Of a DNA stretch of 64,000 bases, positions 59,944 through 64,000 are shown in pieces; positions within the stretch are counted from its first letter, which is position 1; the number at the start of each line of letters is the position of its first letter. The position numbers and the translations under genes were made by a program. Under the pieces are notes generated by a model that made no database searches, was not told the DNA's origin, and saw only the letters and a list, made by a program, of their open reading frames with translations. The DNA is from an uncultured Candidatus Saccharibacteria bacterium (GTDB taxonomy: Bacteria; Patescibacteriota; Saccharimonadia; Saccharimonadales; UBA4665), in contig CAZSZJ010000003.1 in NCBI GenBank assembly GCA_964610985.1, positions 143 to 64,142 on the forward strand, read 5' to 3'.

Positions 59944-61212
59944 CTATTTAATTCCCAGATGCTCACCTATGACTTTGGGAATTGAAGCAACGGCCTCTAG
60001 CCTATGGGGATTAAATAAATCTGTCCATTGATTCTCGAGTCCGCAAATCTGGTCTGTCAGTAGCATGCCAGCAACCGTGCCATTCGTTAGACCCCACTTC
60101 ATAAATCCCGTAGCTGTATAGGTATGTTTTGACCAAGGATAGAGTTTGCCTATAAGCGGCATGTCATCGTAGCCCAGATAATCACGATGTGTCCACTGGT
60201 ATTCGATATCGGTTATACCAAAATACTTCTTTGCATATTCGGCTAAACGCTTATACCGAACTTTTGGATTAAAACGTGTTAGTGGAATGTGGCCTTCGCC
60301 GCCTATCAAAAGAAAGTTCTCTTTTCCATCTTTTACAGGCAGAATTGAATAGTGGCCCTTGTCCGGTGAGATATACATACCTTTTACTGCGTGGTCTATT
60401 TTTCCAGCAACGATATAAGATTGCATTGGATATTCAACTATACAGTATGACCCTCTCGCAAATAATGGAAATGTAGGAACATTTGTTGCAACGATAATAT
60501 GTTTAGCATGTACACTGGCTTTTGTTGTTCTCACTCTTCCAGGATTACTATCTCTTATTCCCAGAGCATGAGAATGCTCATAAATATGGCTGCCATCTCC
60601 ATCAATTGCTTTTGCTAATCCCGATAGATACTTTTGAATATGAAAGGTTGCTTGTCCAGAAAATCGAACGGCTCCTTCGATTGGGAATGGTAAGTCTGCA
60701 CTTCGCTCAAAGGTTGCCGGAAGGCCGAGTTTCGCGGCCGTGGCCGCTTCAGCTTTAAATTCTTTAATTTGGCCCGGGTTAGTCGTATGAACAAAATTAT
60801 CTTCGGGTCGCCAGTCGCATTCGATATGTTCATCTTTAATAATTGCAGCAATCTTGTCGATAGCCTGCTGATTTGCTTTTCCATACATTCGAGCTTTTTC
60901 TTCACCCAACCGTTTACTCAATTTGTTGTATATGAGATTGTGTTGCGAGGTTATTTTCCCTGTTGTATGACCACTTACACCAGCGCCAATGGTATCTTTT
61001 TCTAAAACAATAACTTTTAGTCCGGCTTTTTTTAGAAGATATGCTGAAGTCAACCCTGCGATACCTGCACCAATAATTACTACATCTGTCTCCGCATTTT
61101 CTAGCAAAGCAGGATAACCTGGGCTTTTCGTAGTCGTTAGCCAGTACGAGCTTTTATCTTGCAGCGAATCGATCACTACTCTAATTATAGTTGTTGTGCG
61201 GTTAGTGTGCAA
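59944..61212 (-). CDS. FAD-dependent oxidoreductase (DAO family)
   Basis: DVVIIGAGIAGLTSAYLLKKAGLKVIVLEKD dinucleotide-binding motif. 422 aa. The only available start is TTG at 61212, so the exact start is uncertain. Confidence 0.8.
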   Translation of the reverse strand: MHTNRTTTIIRVVIDSLQDKSSYWLTTTKSPGYPALLENAETDVVIIGAGIAGLTSAYLLKKAGLKVIVLEKDTIGAGVSGHTTGKITSQHNLIYNKLSKRLGEEKARMYGKANQQAIDKIAAIIKDEHIECDWRPEDNFVHTTNPGQIKEFKAEAATAAKLGLPATFERSADLPFPIEGAVRFSGQATFHIQKYLSGLAKAIDGDGSHIYEHSHALGIRDSNPGRVRTTKASVHAKHIIVATNVPTFPLFARGSYCIVEYPMQSYIVAGKIDHAVKGMYISPDKGHYSILPVKDGKENFLLIGGEGHIPLTRFNPKVRYKRLAEYAKKYFGITDIEYQWTHRDYLGYDDMPLIGKLYPWSKHTYTATGFMKWGLTNGTVAGMLLTDQICGLENQWTDLFNPHRLEAVASIPKVIGEHLGIK

Positions 61213-61353
61213 AAGCGGACTAAGACATCCAACTGGACCTGCGACATATATTACTTCCCTCCCAATATCCTGAAAGTACCCTCAGAGACAACCAAAAACG
61301 AGGAGTATAATAAAAGAGTTATTGGTTAATATTCCATATGTAGGAGGAGGGCT

Positions 61354-61596
61354 ATGCCTTACGCAAGCATTGATGAATTGCCAAAAAATGTGGCGGGCGT
61401 ATTGCCAACACACGCTCAAGAAATCTTTGTAGCAGCCTTTAATAATGCCTATGATGAATATAGCAATACGGAAGACAGAAAACAGGACGACGACCGTGAA
61501 AATACAGCCAGAAGAGTTGCTTGGAGCGCGGTAAAACAAAAATATAAGAAGGGCGGAGACGGAAAGTGGCACCCTAACGAGAAGCCAATTTCATAG
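61354..61596 (+). CDS. ChaB-family protein
   Basis: AGGAGGAGGG SD 3 nt upstream. MPYASIDELPKNVAGVLPTHAQEIFVAAFNNAY...ARRVAWSAVKQKYKK resembles the ChaB domain. Confidence 0.6.
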   Translation: MPYASIDELPKNVAGVLPTHAQEIFVAAFNNAYDEYSNTEDRKQDDDRENTARRVAWSAVKQKYKKGGDGKWHPNEKPIS

Positions 61597-61601
61597 CAGA
61601 G

Positions 61602-63800
61602 ATGCCAAGATCTCATTCAAATCATATGAGTAGTGTCGAAAGATCGGTTGCTTATGATATCATGGCCGATCAGCCTTTCCAGCCACTTTCCTTAGAATAT
61701 GATTTGGATATGTTGCGGCTGGCTACTGCACTACGGCCGCCAGACTTTACTCTTGATGAGCAGTGGACGGCGCATATGAATACGCTCGTTGCGGGCAGTA
61801 GTTTCCGGTTTCCTAATCGATATAATCCCGACGATCCGAAGATAATCAACGCATTACAAATGCGTGAAGAAGTGCTTAACGAATTTGGATGGCTGCGCGA
61901 GGGAAGCTCTTTGAGACAGGCTTTTTTAGCACGGCAAGCCAGGAACTACCCCCATTGGCAGCGCCCCGACTATATAGTGCAAAATCTTCGCTTATTCCAC
62001 GATGCTGCTAAAGAAAATATGATGGCGATCGTAAGTCAGAATTCCGAATTCGTTTTTCGGCGGCCAATAATTATGGCGGAACGGCTTGTTAAATCTTGGG
62101 AGGTTGGCTTTGATACACAGAAGATAGTTGAAGTGGGCCCCTATCTCTTCTTTAGGGGCAGCCTAGACGATTTCGAGCAAAATGTCCGGCGGAAAGTGAG
62201 CGCGTATGGGCAGCAGGTACTCAAAATCGCGGCTGCCAGGGAAATAGAAGAAAAACAGGCCGAGAGAGTGGCTCGAGTAGAGCTATCTCCCGAGTCACAC
62301 CAAGAAATGCTTACAGCTGTCACGGTACATAAAAATAATCCTGATTTTGTTATGGATAGTGTTTGGTTCGATAAGCTCAACACTCTTATACGTCAAGGGT
62401 CACAAGCAGTGCCTAATTATAAGGGTAAGTTTAAAAGTGACGAGCTGGATATATATCGTACGGAGATTAATGGGGTTCGCTCCGAATTTCTTAAAGAACT
62501 AGGGCTATTAGAACAGGATCCTGCTTTGGAAAGATTGCAGCAAGAACTGGAGAGGCATAAATCTTTGCCTGCGCCCCTTAAGGTGATAGAGATACTGCAA
62601 TTATTTCATGGCCTACTAGGCAACGAGGCCTTAAGGCCTTTGCGCGAGTTCCCGAGATTCGTATGGGGCAATGCAACGACCATTCGTGCGAAGCTGGACA
62701 CGATTGCGGAGCTAACCGATCCAGCGGCTTATTTATTGAAACATCCTAAAGATATAGATAATTATGAAGGCGATAAGCTTCGAGAAAAGGTAAGGAGAAG
62801 TCTTGTCGTATCACGGAAACGTCAAACTCGCATCAAGCCAAAGAAGAGTCGCCCAAAAGTCGTGGAAGAGGTGGAAGAGGTGGAAGAGCTTGACTCGTCG
62901 TTTGTTCCCGACCCACACGCCACCCCTAAACTTTTCTCCGACGGTCTGGAACTAAGTCAGGCCGAAATGAGCTTTCAGGTCCCTGGGCCTTTGTCTCTGG
63001 AACGTGATGCGGGGTGGCTGGCGTTAGCCGGGGTATTCCGGGATGCGCCCATCGATCAGGAGTTTGTCGACAGGCTTAATACTATCCGGCAAAAGGCCTT
63101 AATTCGCGGAAACAAAAAAATAGCCTGGAATGTTTTTTTTCAAGAGCTTGGCTGGGGCGAACTATCATCTAACAAAAAATCACTCTCTTTACCAAAGGCA
63201 ATTCAAAATATGCGGCTTATGTTTGCCCATCTGGGTAATATGGTCATGGCGCCGATAACAAGGAATATGGTGCGGGTCCTTGAACGCACGCCGAGTACTT
63301 TTGCTGACGAATTGAGTGCAATAGGTGGGTCAGATATGGTGGAAGAAGTCTTGTCAAACAGAACTAATTTATTAGCTGGAAACCTACTAAAACTTTTAGA
63401 AAAGAACAATGGCGAACTGCCCGAACCCGGACAACGGTCTGGACGCAAGAGTCAAGAAAGAAAAAACAAGCACTCATCTGAACCGCCCGCTCCTGCTGAC
63501 TTATATCTTAGACGCCCGCCGGAAGGTCTAAGCTTTAGCGCTGCGAGCGTGATTAATCCCGCTCGTGACCGTACATTTGACGATATTCACCAAGCCTTTG
63601 CCAAGGCACCGACAGAACGCCAAAGGGTGCTGCGCGGTTATGCCGCGCAGCTGCCCGGAGGTATTGAGGCATTGATTGAAACATGCCCGGAACTAATCGA
63701 TTGTGACGAAAGGGCTCTACAGGATTTTATTGAGTTGGCGGAAGATCCGGATATCACTCAGACTGTGCTTTTTAGAAGGTGGAGACAGGTTGCCCGGTAA
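61602..63800 (+). CDS. large orphan helical protein (732 aa) with three internal repeat modules
   Basis: Starts 5 nt after the ChaB stop. Three modules open with PLSLEYDLDMLRLATALRPPDFTLDEQWTAHMNTL / ELSPESHQEMLTAVTVHKNNPDFVMDSVWFDKLNTL / PLSLERDAGWLALAGVFRDAPIDQEFVDRLNTI. Each continues with E(F/L)G(W/L)(L/G) and I(V/I/Q)xN(L/M)RL(F/M) segments. Confidence 0.7.
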   Translation: MPRSHSNHMSSVERSVAYDIMADQPFQPLSLEYDLDMLRLATALRPPDFTLDEQWTAHMNTLVAGSSFRFPNRYNPDDPKIINALQMREEVLNEFGWLREGSSLRQAFLARQARNYPHWQRPDYIVQNLRLFHDAAKENMMAIVSQNSEFVFRRPIIMAERLVKSWEVGFDTQKIVEVGPYLFFRGSLDDFEQNVRRKVSAYGQQVLKIAAAREIEEKQAERVARVELSPESHQEMLTAVTVHKNNPDFVMDSVWFDKLNTLIRQGSQAVPNYKGKFKSDELDIYRTEINGVRSEFLKELGLLEQDPALERLQQELERHKSLPAPLKVIEILQLFHGLLGNEALRPLREFPRFVWGNATTIRAKLDTIAELTDPAAYLLKHPKDIDNYEGDKLREKVRRSLVVSRKRQTRIKPKKSRPKVVEEVEEVEELDSSFVPDPHATPKLFSDGLELSQAEMSFQVPGPLSLERDAGWLALAGVFRDAPIDQEFVDRLNTIRQKALIRGNKKIAWNVFFQELGWGELSSNKKSLSLPKAIQNMRLMFAHLGNMVMAPITRNMVRVLERTPSTFADELSAIGGSDMVEEVLSNRTNLLAGNLLKLLEKNNGELPEPGQRSGRKSQERKNKHSSEPPAPADLYLRRPPEGLSFSAASVINPARDRTFDDIHQAFAKAPTERQRVLRGYAAQLPGGIEALIETCPELIDCDERALQDFIELAEDPDITQTVLFRRWRQVAR
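62862..62888 (+). repeat. perfect 3 x 9-nt tandem repeat (GTGGAAGAG) encoding VEEVEEVEE
   Basis: gtggaagag occurs three times head to tail, inside the basic/acidic linker of the 732-aa ORF. Confidence 0.95.
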
Positions 63801-63822
63801 GTATTTACCTTAATTGGATCTG

Positions 63823-63999
63823 CTATGCCTGTCCATCCCCATTTGGATTGAACTCCACCGTCCACTCAATACCGTATTGGTCTCTAAACATAGCAAAATA
63901 GGTGCCCCAGGGACTCTCCGCCATAGGCATTTCAACGGTGCCCCCTTCCGAAAGGCCCTTGAATAGCTTATCGGCTTCTTCTTTAGTTTCTGCGTAGAC
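63823..63999 (-). CDS. VOC/glyoxalase-fold protein (PhnB-like), C-terminal fragment truncated by the window end
   Basis: Not in the ORF track because no start lies in the window. The minus strand translates to VYAETKEEADKLFKGLSEGGTVEMPMAESPWGTYFAMFRDQYGIEWTVEFNPNGDGQA-stop (TAG at 63823-63825). This is the typical PhnB-like C-terminus (...mpl.e..wg..fg...D.fG..W.v). Confidence 0.55.
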   Translation of the reverse strand, partial: VYAETKEEADKLFKGLSEGGTVEMPMAESPWGTYFAMFRDQYGIEWTVEFNPNGDGQA

Positions 64000-64000
64000 C

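Noticed and set aside
59944-61212. FAD-dependent oxidoreductase as a carotenoid desaturase or retinal-pathway enzyme supporting the heliorhodopsin
   Set aside because: Only the generic dinucleotide-binding motif and DAO-like length are visible. There is no CrtI-type signature, and it lies in a compositionally different stretch 4.5 kb away. The link cannot be supported from sequence.

Overview
Gene-dense 64-kb chromosomal segment, roughly nine-tenths coding and strongly biased to the minus strand. The gene content suggests a reduced-genome, monoderm-type bacterium, possibly Candidate Phyla Radiation / Saccharibacteria-like. That taxonomic guess is inference only; it rests on minimal aminoacyl-tRNA synthetases, a phosphoketolase/acetate-kinase fermentative core, a heliorhodopsin, a pilin and many orphan secreted proteins. 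Housekeeping backbone: sbcB, obg, a LysM-CHAP wall hydrolase, mltG, ruvX, ftsA, alaS, mnmA, a divergent F-type ATP synthase block (atpF-H-A-G-D-C), a NifS/IscS-like desulfurase, a TatD-family hydrolase, metG, a NUDIX hydrolase, tRNA-Leu(UAA), tRNA-Cys(GCA), an IMPase-family phosphatase, hsp20, a purK-like gene, xfp and ackA. No rRNA, CRISPR array, transposase or integrase was seen. Observations worth follow-up: (1) A co-directional locus of secreted or anchored proteins at 15.5-22 kb holds three paralogs, a DUF916/DUF3324-like anchored protein and a PKD protein. It resembles a Csc/WxL-type surface complex. (2) The ATP synthase operon has no a or c subunit genes. The atpE position is occupied by a secreted protein whose C-terminal hairpin looks c-subunit-like but lacks the carboxylate. 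(3) A clear heliorhodopsin sits in a co-directional run with DUF378, xfp and ackA. (4) An accessory block at 38-47 kb contains a tandem nucleoside-2-deoxyribosyltransferase-like protein, a possible PD-(D/E)xK protein, an ECF sigma/anti-sigma pair and a membrane pentapeptide-repeat protein. (5) An AT-richer stretch from about 59.3 kb encodes a 732-aa orphan with three internal repeats. (6) There is a stand-alone GGDEF-domain protein. (7) There is a frameshifted GNAT gene. All functional calls come from reading motifs by eye; no database search was run.
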